From an uncultured Candidatus Saccharibacteria bacterium (GTDB lineage Bacteria > Patescibacteriota > Minisyncoccia > Phycocordibacterales > Phycocordibacteraceae): 64,000 bases of DNA. This document shows positions 37,114-47,400 of the stretch, in pieces (the first letter of the stretch is position 1; each line of letters opens with the position of its first letter). Location of the stretch: positions 444,460 to 508,459 of the forward strand of contig CAYUQB010000001.1 in NCBI GenBank assembly GCA_964446735.1. Reading direction: 5' to 3'. Both the position numbers and the translations under genes were made by a program. Below the pieces are notes generated by a model. It worked only from the letters and a program-made list of their open reading frames with translations. It was not told the origin of the DNA and made no database searches.

Positions 37114-37815
37114 TTAGAACCCAGCATTTTTGAAAAGCGGGTAATACATATCCTCTTTTGCGGGCATGATGAGTTCACGATTCGGATGTCGGCTCGTGAA
37201 CGTGACTGGTGCGCCAGTGATAAGGACAAGCGGTTGCCGTTCGTTCCCCTCTCCCATAAGGATGCCAGCAGTAGCAGCAAGGCCGTCAGCAAGATTCGTA
37301 CGCGTCATACGAAGGGATCGACCGAATAAGTCTTTTTTCCCGGCGTATTCACGAAGTCCGGTGAAGCCGGCATATCCGAGCGCAGATCCTGTGACGCCAG
37401 CACGAAGAGGGAGTGGGCAGCTGTCCGTAATGAGGATCCCAAGTTTTTTTCGGCCGTACGCCTTCTTGAGTTTTTTGTGTAGCTCGGCTGCAGACGCGTA
37501 GCTGTCTTTTGGAAGGAGCACTAGTTTTTTATTTGCATTCGATTCATCTATGCCAGCGTTGGCCATGAGCATCCCATCTTTACGGGTGAGCCACACGTAT
37601 TTCGTTTTGAGTGCCGCATCGCTTTCTGATTGTATTCGCTCGTCCTTGGCGCGTTGGGTAGTAAGCGGAACGGTGCGGCCCTCCGCAAGAGCTACTACCT
37701 TTGATGCTATAGCGATGATGCTGTGCTCTGGGACTTCGGGAAGTGCCTGTGTAATGAAAGAAACGAGGTCGTCACCCTCGTGAAAAATGCCGGTATGTAT
37801 CGGGCGAGACTGCAT
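37114..37815 (-). CDS. CofE-family gamma-glutamyl ligase-like protein, copy 2
   Basis: ...WLTRKDGMLMANAGIDESNANKKLVLLP.. is the CofE-like motif. Start placed at MQSRPIHTGIFHEGDDLVSFI. Confidence 0.55.
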   Translation of the reverse strand: MQSRPIHTGIFHEGDDLVSFITQALPEVPEHSIIAIASKVVALAEGRTVPLTTQRAKDERIQSESDAALKTKYVWLTRKDGMLMANAGIDESNANKKLVLLPKDSYASAAELHKKLKKAYGRKKLGILITDSCPLPLRAGVTGSALGYAGFTGLREYAGKKDLFGRSLRMTRTNLADGLAATAGILMGEGNERQPLVLITGAPVTFTSRHPNRELIMPAKEDMYYPLFKNAGF

Positions 37816-37823
37816 GGTAGGGA

Positions 37824-38273
37824 CTATATCACCGGGTCTCCGCATGCATAGAGTGAGAGCGTCTGGTCCGGCAGCACCACTATGACGTAGTCCATGGGCT
37901 GATCCCATGGCTCTTTTGTAAGCGGGGTGGGTGAGAATTGGTGTTCATGACACACACCAATTCGAAGCCAGGCGCCAGGCACGTACGTAAGAAAGCGGTC
38001 ATACCATCCACCCCCTTGGCCATGGCGGGTGCCGAGAGCATCAAAGCGACGTCCAGGAATAAGAAGTGCGGTCGGGTCTCCCTGAGCAACCGCCAGAGTT
38101 GTTTGCGCTTCTTGTACTGGATCGAGTCCAGCTCGGGCCGGTATTTCGTAGGTAGGTATGCCCGTAGGAAGGGTAATCAGGTCAAGAATAGGGACCTCAG
38201 TGCGTAAGGGATGGTAGGTAATGACACAACGCCTGTCCAAAAGGAGCTTGTCAATGTCGGCGCGGGCGCCCAT
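37824..38273 (-). CDS. 5-formyltetrahydrofolate cyclo-ligase (MTHFS family)
   Basis: GTRHGQGGGWYDRFL (GxGGGYYDR motif). Start placed at MGARADIDKLL; the TTG at 38294 is an alternative. Confidence 0.7.
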   Translation of the reverse strand: MGARADIDKLLLDRRCVITYHPLRTEVPILDLITLPTGIPTYEIPARAGLDPVQEAQTTLAVAQGDPTALLIPGRRFDALGTRHGQGGGWYDRFLTYVPGAWLRIGVCHEHQFSPTPLTKEPWDQPMDYVIVVLPDQTLSLYACGDPVI

Positions 38274-38293
38274 GTGCCGTATACTACCAGGCA

Positions 38294-38971
38294 ATGTCCG
38301 GCACTTACGAGATCGAAATTAAGAGCCTCTTGGGGGAGGCGAGCGAGGCGGAACGAGTCCGTGAAGGCATGCGTGCACTCGATCCGAACGCAACCTGCCG
38401 TGCCTCCTACACCCAGATCAATCACTACTTTGAGAATGGCGACATCACTAAATTAGTCGAAGCACTTACGCCGCTCGTATCGTCTGCAACAGCAGACAAA
38501 ATGGGAACCATAGCTACGGAAGGACGTAGTCTTTCAATTCGTACTCGCTCTATGAATGGAGAAAGTCGTATCGTCATGAAGGCATCTATTGGAGACGACT
38601 CAAGTGCCAATGGAGTGGCGCGGCTTGAGATCGAGGAACCAGTTACGCTTGCATTAGACGCGCTCGACCAGCTGGTGCTTTCTTGTGGGTATACGTATCA
38701 GGCTAAGTGGTCACGAAGTCGGGAGGAGTATCAGGTTGGTGACGTCACGGTATGTCTTGATAAGAATGCGGGATACGGCTATCTGGCCGAATTTGAAAAA
38801 GTCGTTGAGAAACCCGACCAGGCACCGGAAGCTCGCGCCGCACTCGATGATTTGATGCGGCAACTCGGTGTCGTCGAGCTGCCGCAGGAGCGGCTCGAAC
38901 GCATGTTTGCGTATTACAACCAGCACTGGCCCGAGTACTATGGGACGGAAAAAGTATTCACCGTAGAATAG
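38294..38971 (+). CDS. CYTH-domain protein (class IV adenylyl cyclase / triphosphatase fold)
   Basis: N-terminal YEIEIKSLL (ExExK motif of CYTH) and acidic patches, about 225 aa. Confidence 0.45.
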   Translation: MSGTYEIEIKSLLGEASEAERVREGMRALDPNATCRASYTQINHYFENGDITKLVEALTPLVSSATADKMGTIATEGRSLSIRTRSMNGESRIVMKASIGDDSSANGVARLEIEEPVTLALDALDQLVLSCGYTYQAKWSRSREEYQVGDVTVCLDKNAGYGYLAEFEKVVEKPDQAPEARAALDDLMRQLGVVELPQERLERMFAYYNQHWPEYYGTEKVFTVE

Positions 38972-38975
38972 ACGT

Positions 38976-39545
38976 ATGTTTCTCTCTGACCTCGATATTA
39001 CGAAAGGGATCAAGTCGGGTGCGATTGTCATCCGCCCGTTCAACCCAAAGAACCTGCAGATGGCGAGCTACGACGTTACACTCGGCAATGAGTTCCAGGT
39101 GACCGATCGCCACAGCACCAGCGTTATCGATCCATATCATAAGGTGTACCCCAAGACCCGAACCATTAAAGTGAAGGATGGGGAGCCGTTTATTCTTCAT
39201 CCAGGAGAAAGCGTGCTCGGGAAGCAAAAGGAATTTATTGGGGTAGATCATGAGCACCTCATTCTCCTTTCGGGAAAGTCATCCCTCGCTCGTGCCGGTC
39301 TCGTGGTCCACAACACTGCCATGCTGTTTAATCCCGGGCATCATTTCTATCCCACGTTCGAGCTCGTGAATACGAATAACGTTCCTATCATTCTTCGTCC
39401 CGGCATGGAGATCGCACAGCTTCTGTTTGCGCGCCTTACCAGCAAGACTTCCAAGGGATACGACGGGAATGGACGGTTTGATAAGAAGAATTCAAATCAT
39501 TTCCCCGGCACAAAGCGTCCTGCCACAAAGAAGCGGCGCACCTAA
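38976..39545 (+). CDS. dcd: dCTP deaminase (dUTPase superfamily)
   Basis: IRPFNPKNLQMASYDVTLGNEFQV... plus the dUTPase-like beta fold. Confidence 0.8.
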   Translation: MFLSDLDITKGIKSGAIVIRPFNPKNLQMASYDVTLGNEFQVTDRHSTSVIDPYHKVYPKTRTIKVKDGEPFILHPGESVLGKQKEFIGVDHEHLILLSGKSSLARAGLVVHNTAMLFNPGHHFYPTFELVNTNNVPIILRPGMEIAQLLFARLTSKTSKGYDGNGRFDKKNSNHFPGTKRPATKKRRT

Positions 39546-39550
39546 ACACT

Positions 39551-40528
39551 ATGAACAATCGTCACCCCGAGTACCAATACCTGGACCTGATGCAAGAGAT
39601 CCTTGATACAGGGGAGAAGCAGGAGGATTCCATTGGGGTGAATACGTACAGCCTCTTTGGTCGACAGATTCGGTTCGACCTTTCGGACGGTCTTCCACTC
39701 CTTACGACCAAGAAGGTGTATTGGAACGGGGTTCTCCACGAGTTGTACTGGTTCATCTCAGGACAGACAAATATCAAGTACCTCGTCGATAACAACGTTC
39801 ATATTTGGGACGACTATCCGTACAAGATCTACTGCGAGAAAGTTGCTAAAGGTCTCTTGCCTGCGATGGAGAAGGCTGAATTCATTGCGGCAATTGCTCG
39901 GGACGATGAGTTCGCACGTCTCCATGGCGATCTTACTCATTGCTACGGCGAGGCATGGAGACGGTGGCCCGCACGGGACGGTCGTACGGTTGACCAGCTT
40001 GCGTGGGCAATAGCGGAGCTTGCTCGAGATCCGGATGCTCATAACACAGTTGTGAATTCGTGGAATCCCGAGTACCTATACGGCATGGCACAGCCGGAGG
40101 AGGCACTTCGGTTCCCGATCTGCCACAACATGTTCCAGTTCAATATTAAGAATGGGAAGGTGTGTCTCCAGCTCTACCAGCGCTCTGCGGACATCTTTCT
40201 TGGTGTTCCGTTCAACATTGCGAGCTATGCACTCCTGACCGCAATCGTTGCACGCGTGCTGGGCAGGGAACCGGGAGAATTCGTCCATACGTTCGGTGAT
40301 GTACATCTGTATGAGAACCACATCGAGCCTGCGCGAGAACAGCTCTCTCGTGAGCCGATGCCCTTTCCAACGGTTACGCTTTCCGGATTCGATTCTATTG
40401 ATGACTTCCGTCCCGAGCATGTTGAGCTCACGCACTATGAAGCGCACCCGCCTATTAAAGCCGAGCTTTCCGTCACCGGTGGAGTGAACGTCGCAGGGTA
40501 CGATTCGCGTACGAAGAAAGCGGTATAA
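39551..40528 (+). CDS. thyA: Thymidylate synthase (ThyA)
   Basis: PICHNMFQFNIKNGKVCLQLYQRSADIFLGVPFNIASYALLT, including the catalytic Cys. Confidence 0.9.
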   Translation: MNNRHPEYQYLDLMQEILDTGEKQEDSIGVNTYSLFGRQIRFDLSDGLPLLTTKKVYWNGVLHELYWFISGQTNIKYLVDNNVHIWDDYPYKIYCEKVAKGLLPAMEKAEFIAAIARDDEFARLHGDLTHCYGEAWRRWPARDGRTVDQLAWAIAELARDPDAHNTVVNSWNPEYLYGMAQPEEALRFPICHNMFQFNIKNGKVCLQLYQRSADIFLGVPFNIASYALLTAIVARVLGREPGEFVHTFGDVHLYENHIEPAREQLSREPMPFPTVTLSGFDSIDDFRPEHVELTHYEAHPPIKAELSVTGGVNVAGYDSRTKKAV

Positions 40529-40590
40529 CTATTTGTATGATCTAACGCGCTTCATGGTCTCGATCCATTACTCAGATTTATTCTCGACCC

Positions 40591-41889
40591 ATGAACACGT
40601 ACCCACACATTCACGCAGAAGATCCTGAACTTAACGCCTTTATTGACGGAGAAGAGCGCCGTCAGCACGAGGGGCTCGAACTTATACCGAGCGAGAACTA
40701 TGTCTCGCAGGCAGTGCGTGAAGCGATGTCCTCGTGCCTTACCAATAAGTATTCCGAAGGGTATCCCGGTAAACGCTACTACGGCGGTCAGGAATTTACT
40801 GATCAAATAGAAACGCTTGCGATTGAGCGTGCCAAGACGCTTTTCCGGGCTGACCACGCAAACGTACAGCCCCTGGGGGGCGCAAATGCAAACATTGCAG
40901 CGTACTTTGCGTGGGTTGAGCCGGGTGACACTATCCTCGGAATGGATCTCGCGCATGGGGGACACCTCACGCATGGGTCTCCGGTCACGTATATGGCGCG
41001 GCTCTTTAACTTCGTCCGCTACGGTATGAAGGATCCTGATACCGGCGAGATCGACTATGACGAAATGCGAGAAACGGCAAAGCGGGTCCGTCCGAAGATT
41101 GTACTCGCTGGCTTTTCGGGGTATCCGCGTGAGCTCGACTGGGACCGCATTGCAGATATCGCTCACGAAGTTGATGCGGTCGCGATGGCCGACGTCGCAC
41201 ATATCGCAGGACTCATCGCGGGCGGTGTTGCGGAGAATCCCCTCGACCATGGCTTCCAGGTCATGTCGACCACGACACATAAGACGCTGCGTGGCCCACG
41301 TGGTGGGATGATTCTTTCTCGTGGAAAAGTATCAAGTCCCCTCAAGAAACCCGAGAAGACCATCGAGAATCTGCCGACGTTAATTGATCGAAGCGTCTTC
41401 CCAGGATTTCAGGGTGGCCCCCACATGCACCAGATCGCGGCGAAGGCCGTCATGCTTAACGAAGCAGCACGTCCGTCGTTTAAGGAGTACGCGACGCAGA
41501 TTGTGAAAAACGCGAAGGCGATGGCCGAAGTGTTCCGCGATGGCGGCATCCGCCTCATCACCGGCGGTACGGACAACCACCTCATTCTTGCCGACGTGTA
41601 TGGATCGCTCGGCATTACCGGTGGGGAAGCAGAGACCCTGCTTGATCGTGCTGGTATCACGCTCAATAAGAATTCCATTGCAAACGATACTCGGACACCG
41701 TTCGATCCTTCGGGCATACGGTTTGGAACACCGGCAATGACCACTCGTGGGTTTGTTGAGGAGGAATCGAGAGAAGTTGCCATGCTTATGCTCGAAGTGC
41801 TCCAGAAACGCGATGATGCGACCGTGGAGGCAGTGGGGAGACGTATTACTGAGCTCGCTGAGTCACATCCGATTCCCGACTCCTTCTAA
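40591..41889 (+). CDS. glyA: Serine hydroxymethyltransferase
   Basis: LELIPSENYVS; TTTHKTLRGPRGG (PLP-lysine motif). Confidence 0.9.
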   Translation: MNTYPHIHAEDPELNAFIDGEERRQHEGLELIPSENYVSQAVREAMSSCLTNKYSEGYPGKRYYGGQEFTDQIETLAIERAKTLFRADHANVQPLGGANANIAAYFAWVEPGDTILGMDLAHGGHLTHGSPVTYMARLFNFVRYGMKDPDTGEIDYDEMRETAKRVRPKIVLAGFSGYPRELDWDRIADIAHEVDAVAMADVAHIAGLIAGGVAENPLDHGFQVMSTTTHKTLRGPRGGMILSRGKVSSPLKKPEKTIENLPTLIDRSVFPGFQGGPHMHQIAAKAVMLNEAARPSFKEYATQIVKNAKAMAEVFRDGGIRLITGGTDNHLILADVYGSLGITGGEAETLLDRAGITLNKNSIANDTRTPFDPSGIRFGTPAMTTRGFVEEESREVAMLMLEVLQKRDDATVEAVGRRITELAESHPIPDSF

Positions 41890-41923
41890 TTTTCAAACCG
41901 CATGATATTGTGCGGCTAGCACG

Positions 41924-42307
41924 GTGTACCCTTCAGGTACACGAGTTCTTGGCGAGGGGACCATGACGCCATGCGAACAAGAAATCATCGGTATTCTTAC
42001 GGTTGCGCTTACGCGAAACCTGGAAGTTGAGGTCAAAATCCTCGCTCGGCTTGCACGGGAAGCGGGGTGTTCGGATCAGAAGCGGGTTCGCTTCTGGACC
42101 CAAGAACGGATCACCATGGCGTTTCTCGCCATCGGAGATCTCAGAAAGGGGCATCGCTACCAACTCTTGATCGATAATTGGTTCCTCCCGGCGCTACGAC
42201 ACCTGGTCGCATGGAAGTCTGACTACCGCGGACCCTGCCACGAGACCTGTCCCGTGCGAGCGTTTGTAGCGTTCGCGAGACAGCACGGCATATCGGTCGA
42301 CCTTTGA
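41924..42307 (+). CDS. Hypothetical protein
   Basis: 127 aa ORF with no recognised motif, followed by a terminator. Confidence 0.3.
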   Translation: MYPSGTRVLGEGTMTPCEQEIIGILTVALTRNLEVEVKILARLAREAGCSDQKRVRFWTQERITMAFLAIGDLRKGHRYQLLIDNWFLPALRHLVAWKSDYRGPCHETCPVRAFVAFARQHGISVDL

Positions 42308-42309
42308 AC

Positions 42310-42344
42310 GAACGCGCACTCCCCGGCGCGTTCGGTTTTTTCTG
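42310..42344 (+). terminator. Rho-independent terminator (gaacgcgc-actcccc-ggcgcgttc plus ggttttttctg)
   Basis: Stem-loop plus T-tract, seen in the sequence. Confidence 0.5.
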
Positions 42345-42358
42345 TTATAGTCGCGGTA

Positions 42359-44044
42359 ATGGAAGAGATCCTGAGGGCCGCAGTCAACGAAGCGCTTTCT
42401 GCGATGGGGGCACCCGAAGTCTCATTTGCCATCGAATGGCCAGCTGACACCGCCCATGGCGACTATGCGACGAATGCTGCACTCGCCGCAGGAAAGGAAC
42501 TTCAGAAGAATCCTCGCGAACTAGCTGAAGAGCTCGCGGTCATTCTTCGCACGTCACTTTCGGAGGAGGTCGAACGGATTGAGGTGGCGGGACCAGGATT
42601 CATCAACTTTACGCTCGCACGCACCGTCATCGCTGGGGTGGTGGGAGAAGCAGCGGTGCGTGGAAGTGAGTGGGGAAAGGGAAATGGAAACGAAGGAAAG
42701 CGAGTCATGCTCGAGTACTCAAATCCAAATCCTTTCAAAGAAATACACATTGGGCATCTGATGAGTAATGTTGTTGGTGAGGCGTTTTCACGCATTCTGG
42801 AGAACGCAGGCACGGTTGTCCTGCGCGATACGTTTGGTGGCGACGTAGGTCCCCATGTCGCGAAGGCGTTGTGGGCGCTCCGAAGAAACGGAGTGACCGA
42901 CATTGCACATGCTGCTGAAATTGGGAAAGCGTACGCGCAGGGATCGACTGCCTATGAGGAAAGCGAGGAAGCAAAGCGCGAAATTGATGATCTCAACACT
43001 CGTATCTACGAGGTTGTTGCGAAGCACGAAAGCCCTGACGCGCTCACTGAAGAAAATCGGGAACTTCTCACGCTCTGGCGAAAGGGGCGAGAGGTGTCTA
43101 TGGAGGAGTTCTTCCGGATCTTTAAACTCCTCGGCACGTCCTTTGATTATGTCTTTTTTGATAGTGATACAACGGCGCCTGGCATGGAAGCGGTTCGCCA
43201 GGGTCTTACTCAAGGAATCTTCGAGGAAAGCGATGGAGCTATCATCTATCGTGGCGAGAAGAAGGGTCTCCATACCTTGGTGTTCATTACCTCTCGAGGC
43301 ACTCCCACCTACGAAACTAAGGACATCGGACTTGCGCTCATCAAAGAAGAGCGAGCAGCAACTGATGAGAACATTATCGTCACCGCAGTGGAGCAGGTCG
43401 GCCATTTCCAGGTAGTGCTCGCGGCACTTGAGGAATTGATTCCATCCCTCGCTGCAAAGACACGCCACCTTCCGCATGGGCTTCTCCGCCTTCCAGAAGG
43501 AAAGATGTCATCGCGTAAGGGAAACGTTATTACTGGTGCTGACCTCATCGAAGAAATGACCGGTCGTGCAGGTGAGAAGAACGACGATCCGGTAATTGCC
43601 CAGCAGGTCGCGATTGGAGCCATCAAGTATATGATCCTTCGGCAAGCTCCCGGCGGAGACATTGTCTTTGATCCCGAACGGTCGCTCTCACTTGATGGAG
43701 ATTCTGGGCCGTACCTCCAATATGCACTTGTACGCGCACGTTCCGTATTGGCACAGGCACCCAAAGCGCCGGACGCACCGACGCCGTCTGGAGAACCATT
43801 CCTCATCGAACGACTTTTAGTTCGGTTCCCTGCAGTCACTGCACTCGCGGCGCGCGAAAATGCTCCACACAAAGTCACCCAGTATCTGACGCTTCTGGCA
43901 GGAGAATGGAATTCCTTTTATGCCAAGGAGCGCATCATCGGAGGAGAGCATGAGGGATACAAACTGGTGATTGCGAAGGCATTCGCAACAACCATGGAGA
44001 ACGGACTCCGTCTCCTTGCTATCCCCGCTCCGGAGAAGATGTAA
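42359..44044 (+). CDS. argS: Arginyl-tRNA synthetase
   Basis: ArgRS N-terminal domain (..HGDYATNAALAAGK..), HIGH motif (EIHIGHLMSNVVGEAF), KMSSRKG (KMSKS-like), and a C-terminal anticodon-binding domain. Confidence 0.85.
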   Translation: MEEILRAAVNEALSAMGAPEVSFAIEWPADTAHGDYATNAALAAGKELQKNPRELAEELAVILRTSLSEEVERIEVAGPGFINFTLARTVIAGVVGEAAVRGSEWGKGNGNEGKRVMLEYSNPNPFKEIHIGHLMSNVVGEAFSRILENAGTVVLRDTFGGDVGPHVAKALWALRRNGVTDIAHAAEIGKAYAQGSTAYEESEEAKREIDDLNTRIYEVVAKHESPDALTEENRELLTLWRKGREVSMEEFFRIFKLLGTSFDYVFFDSDTTAPGMEAVRQGLTQGIFEESDGAIIYRGEKKGLHTLVFITSRGTPTYETKDIGLALIKEERAATDENIIVTAVEQVGHFQVVLAALEELIPSLAAKTRHLPHGLLRLPEGKMSSRKGNVITGADLIEEMTGRAGEKNDDPVIAQQVAIGAIKYMILRQAPGGDIVFDPERSLSLDGDSGPYLQYALVRARSVLAQAPKAPDAPTPSGEPFLIERLLVRFPAVTALAARENAPHKVTQYLTLLAGEWNSFYAKERIIGGEHEGYKLVIAKAFATTMENGLRLLAIPAPEKM

Positions 44045-44125
44045 TATTGCATCATTCAGTTCTAGGCGCTAAGGTAGCGAGCATGCCGCATTCGTGTTGA
44101 AGCGGCTGTATGGGGAGGCTCTTTA

Positions 44126-44326
44126 ATGAGCGAACGTGTGATCTTCGAAACCGGCGCCGACGTCGCCAGGGCTCGCCGTGAACAGCAGGGCAAGGATCCC
44201 ATCCCGGGCCATGCGTACGAACAGCGGGATCTGGCCAACCAGCGGAGCATGCGGGGCCAAGCCAGGCTCGGCATCGACCGCTTCGGCGACCGGTACGGCT
44301 CCCTGTTCTCGGGCCGCATCACCTAG
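44126..44326 (+). CDS. Small hypothetical protein in a high-GC islet (66 aa)
   Basis: About 66% GC ORF (MSERVIFETGADVARARREQQGKDPIPGH...) with its own terminator, inserted between argS and ileS. Confidence 0.35.
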   Translation: MSERVIFETGADVARARREQQGKDPIPGHAYEQRDLANQRSMRGQARLGIDRFGDRYGSLFSGRIT

Positions 44327-44354
44327 CTCATCATCAACAACTCAATCAGGACGT

Positions 44355-44388
44355 CCCGGCGCGTGCGCGCGCCGGGCGTTTCCTTTTT
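44355..44388 (+). terminator. GC-rich terminator hairpin cccggcgcg-tgcg-cgcgccggg plus cgtttccttttt
   Basis: Stem-loop plus T-tract, seen in the sequence. Confidence 0.5.
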
Positions 44389-44416
44389 AGGGCCTGAACG
44401 CTAGGATGAGGAAGAC

Positions 44417-47400
44417 ATGGCCGATATTGATACCGACGCGGTGGAGAAAAGCGAGGCAGTGCTTCGCGAAGAGGAAGTACTCCGATTCTGGAAGGAGAAT
44501 CGTATTTTTGAGAAGTCACTCGAACGAGGGAGTGATAAGCATCCGTTCATTTTTTATGAAGGCCCTCCGACCGCAAACGGTCGACCCGGAGTTCACCATA
44601 TGGAGTCTCGGTCGTTTAAAGATGCTATTCCTCGATACAAAACGATGCGGGGGTTCAATGTCCCTCGTCGAGGTGGCTGGGATACTCACGGACTTCCCGT
44701 TGAGCTCGAAGTCGAGAAGCAACTTGGCTTTAGCGGAAAACAGGACATAGAAACGTACGGCATCGCCGAGTTTAATAAAAAGTGTCGAGAGAGTGTATTT
44801 TCATACATCGACGAATGGAAAAAGTTTTCCGATCGCATGGGCTATTGGGTCGATCAGGACGAAGCGTACTTTACCTTCGATGCTTCGTACATGGAGTCGC
44901 TCTGGAGCATTTTCAAGAAAGTGAGCGACGATGGGCGTCTCTATAAAGACTATCGAGTGGTGCCGTGGTGCGTATCGTGTGGAACCGCACTGTCTTCTCA
45001 CGAACTCGCGCAGGGATACGAAGAAGTGAAAGACCTCTCGCTTACGGTGAAGTTCGAACTCGTAAACGAGCCTGGTACGTTCGTACTTGCATGGACCACG
45101 ACTCCGTGGACGCTTCCGGGAAATGTTGCACTTGCCGTGGGTGAGAAGATTGCGTACGGCCTCTATCAGAAGGATGATCAGAAGGTCATCGTTGCGGATG
45201 CACTTGCTCCAAAGGTGCTTGGAGAGGGATGGGTGCGAACTGAAGATCGGCCGACAGCGGGACTCATCGGTCAGGAGTATCGACCGCTCTACCCATTTGC
45301 CCGAGAGGTAGCTCCTGAAAGTGAGCAACCCAAATTCGATGCTGCGTATCGAATATATACCGCAGACTTTGTGAATACTGAAGACGGTACCGGCATTGTG
45401 CATACGGCTGTTATGTACGGTCAGGACGACTTCGAGCTTGGTTCCAAGGTCGGCCTACCCAAAGTTCATCTCGTCGCCCCTGATGGGAGGTTTGTGAGCG
45501 GCACCGGCTTTTTGGAAGGTGCATCGGTCATCGATTCCGAGACGAACGTTGCGGTACTGAAAGACCTACAGGAGAAGGGACTTTTCTTTGCGAAAGAGAA
45601 TTACGCGCACGAGTATCCACACTGCTGGCGAAGTAAGAATCGACTGGTCTACTATGCGCGTGATTCCTGGTATATCCGCATGACGGAGCTCCGTGACTAC
45701 CTTATTGACGAGAACAAGACGGTGAACTGGGAGCCAAGCTATATTCGCGATGGCCGCATGGGTGAGTGGCTCGCGAATGTGCGTGATTGGGCAATCTCAC
45801 GAGAACGATACTGGGGCACGCCGCTCCCGGTATGGCAGAGTGCAGACGGGAGCGAACAGGTGGTTGTCGGTTCTATCGAAGAATTACGGTCTCGTAGGAA
45901 AAGAAGCGGGAATACCTATTTCCTCATGCGTCATGCCGAAGCTGAGCAGAATGTAAAAAGAATCGTTAACAGTGGTGATTTGAATGCGTATGGAATCACC
46001 GACCTCGGCAAGCAGCAGGCGCTTGAGTCGGCACAGCAATTCAAACAAGAAAACGTCTCGATTATCTATGCATCGCCGTTTCGTCGTACACGTGAGACAG
46101 CCGAAATAATTGCCGATGAGCTGGGCATTCCACGTTCTGAAATAGTTTACGATGTTCGGCTTCGAGAGCTCGACTTCGGCGATCTCAATGAATGTCCGTA
46201 CGATGATTTCACCGCATACCGGAAGGAGCACCTGCATGCCTACTCAGATTCATTACCAAGTGGCGAGAGCTGGCTTGATGCACGTCGACGCTTCGGTCAC
46301 TTCATTTACGAAATGGAGCAGATGCATCAAGGGAAGAATATTCTAATGGTTACGCACGGTGTTGCGTTCGAATCCCTGCTTATGATTACAGAAGGAAAGA
46401 ATCATAGGGAGTCCCAGGAGTTTCTCCAATCATATGCGCCGCCCCAGAAGGGTTCATGGATGAAACTTGATTTCGTTCCGCTTCCACACAACGATGACTA
46501 CGAACTCGACCTCCATCGTCCCTATATAGATGACGTGGTACTTCTCTCCGATTCGGGAACTGAACTACGACGGACACCGGAAGTTATGGATGTCTGGTTC
46601 GATTCAGGTGCGATGCCATTCGCACAGGATCACTATCCTTTCGAGAATAAGGAGTGGATTGATACGAAAGGCTACCCAGCTGATTTCATATCGGAAGCAA
46701 TCGACCAGACTCGAGGATGGTTCTACACGCTTCTTGCGGTAGGAGTACTGATGGGGAAGGGTGCGGCGTATAAAAATGTTATCTGTCTTGGGCATCTCTT
46801 GGACGAGGCTGGTCAAAAGATGAGTAAGTCAAAGGGGAACATCATTGAGCCCATGAAGGCCATAGACCGGTACGGGGCCGACACCCTTCGGTTCTGGATG
46901 TACTACGTCAATCAGCCAGGCGATAGCAAGAATTTTGATGAGAAAACGGTCAAGGAAGCAGCACGTGTGCTGTCCTGGTTCGAACATAGTGTGAAGTTCT
47001 ATCAACTCTTCGGTGGCGCAGAAGGAAAGGCCGAAGAGCAGATCATCGATACGTGGATGCGTACTCGAGTTTCCGAGACCATCGGTGAGGTCACCACTAC
47101 GCTCGACGCCTATGATCTTTACACTGCAACACGGCGAATCAGCACACTCATTGAAGATCTCTCGCAGTGGTATGTCAGACGCGTACGTGATCGTGTGCGT
47201 GATGGTGACGTTGCCGCCAGTACAGCGTTACGTGACACCCTCCAAGCCATTGCTGTTCTTCTTGCTCCGTTTGCCCCTTTTATTGCTGAATGGGGCTACC
47301 AAGCAGTGCGTGATGCCGAAGATCCCGAAAGCGTACATCTTGCCGATTGGTATGAGGCGGGCACCGTTGACACTACGCTTATCGAACACATGGCGACGAC

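Noticed and set aside
45899-46435. Possibility that the IleRS insert is an intein
   Set aside because: No Cys/Ser/Thr at the N-splice junction, no His-Asn at the C-junction, no endonuclease motifs. The insert matches the RHG phosphatase fold instead.
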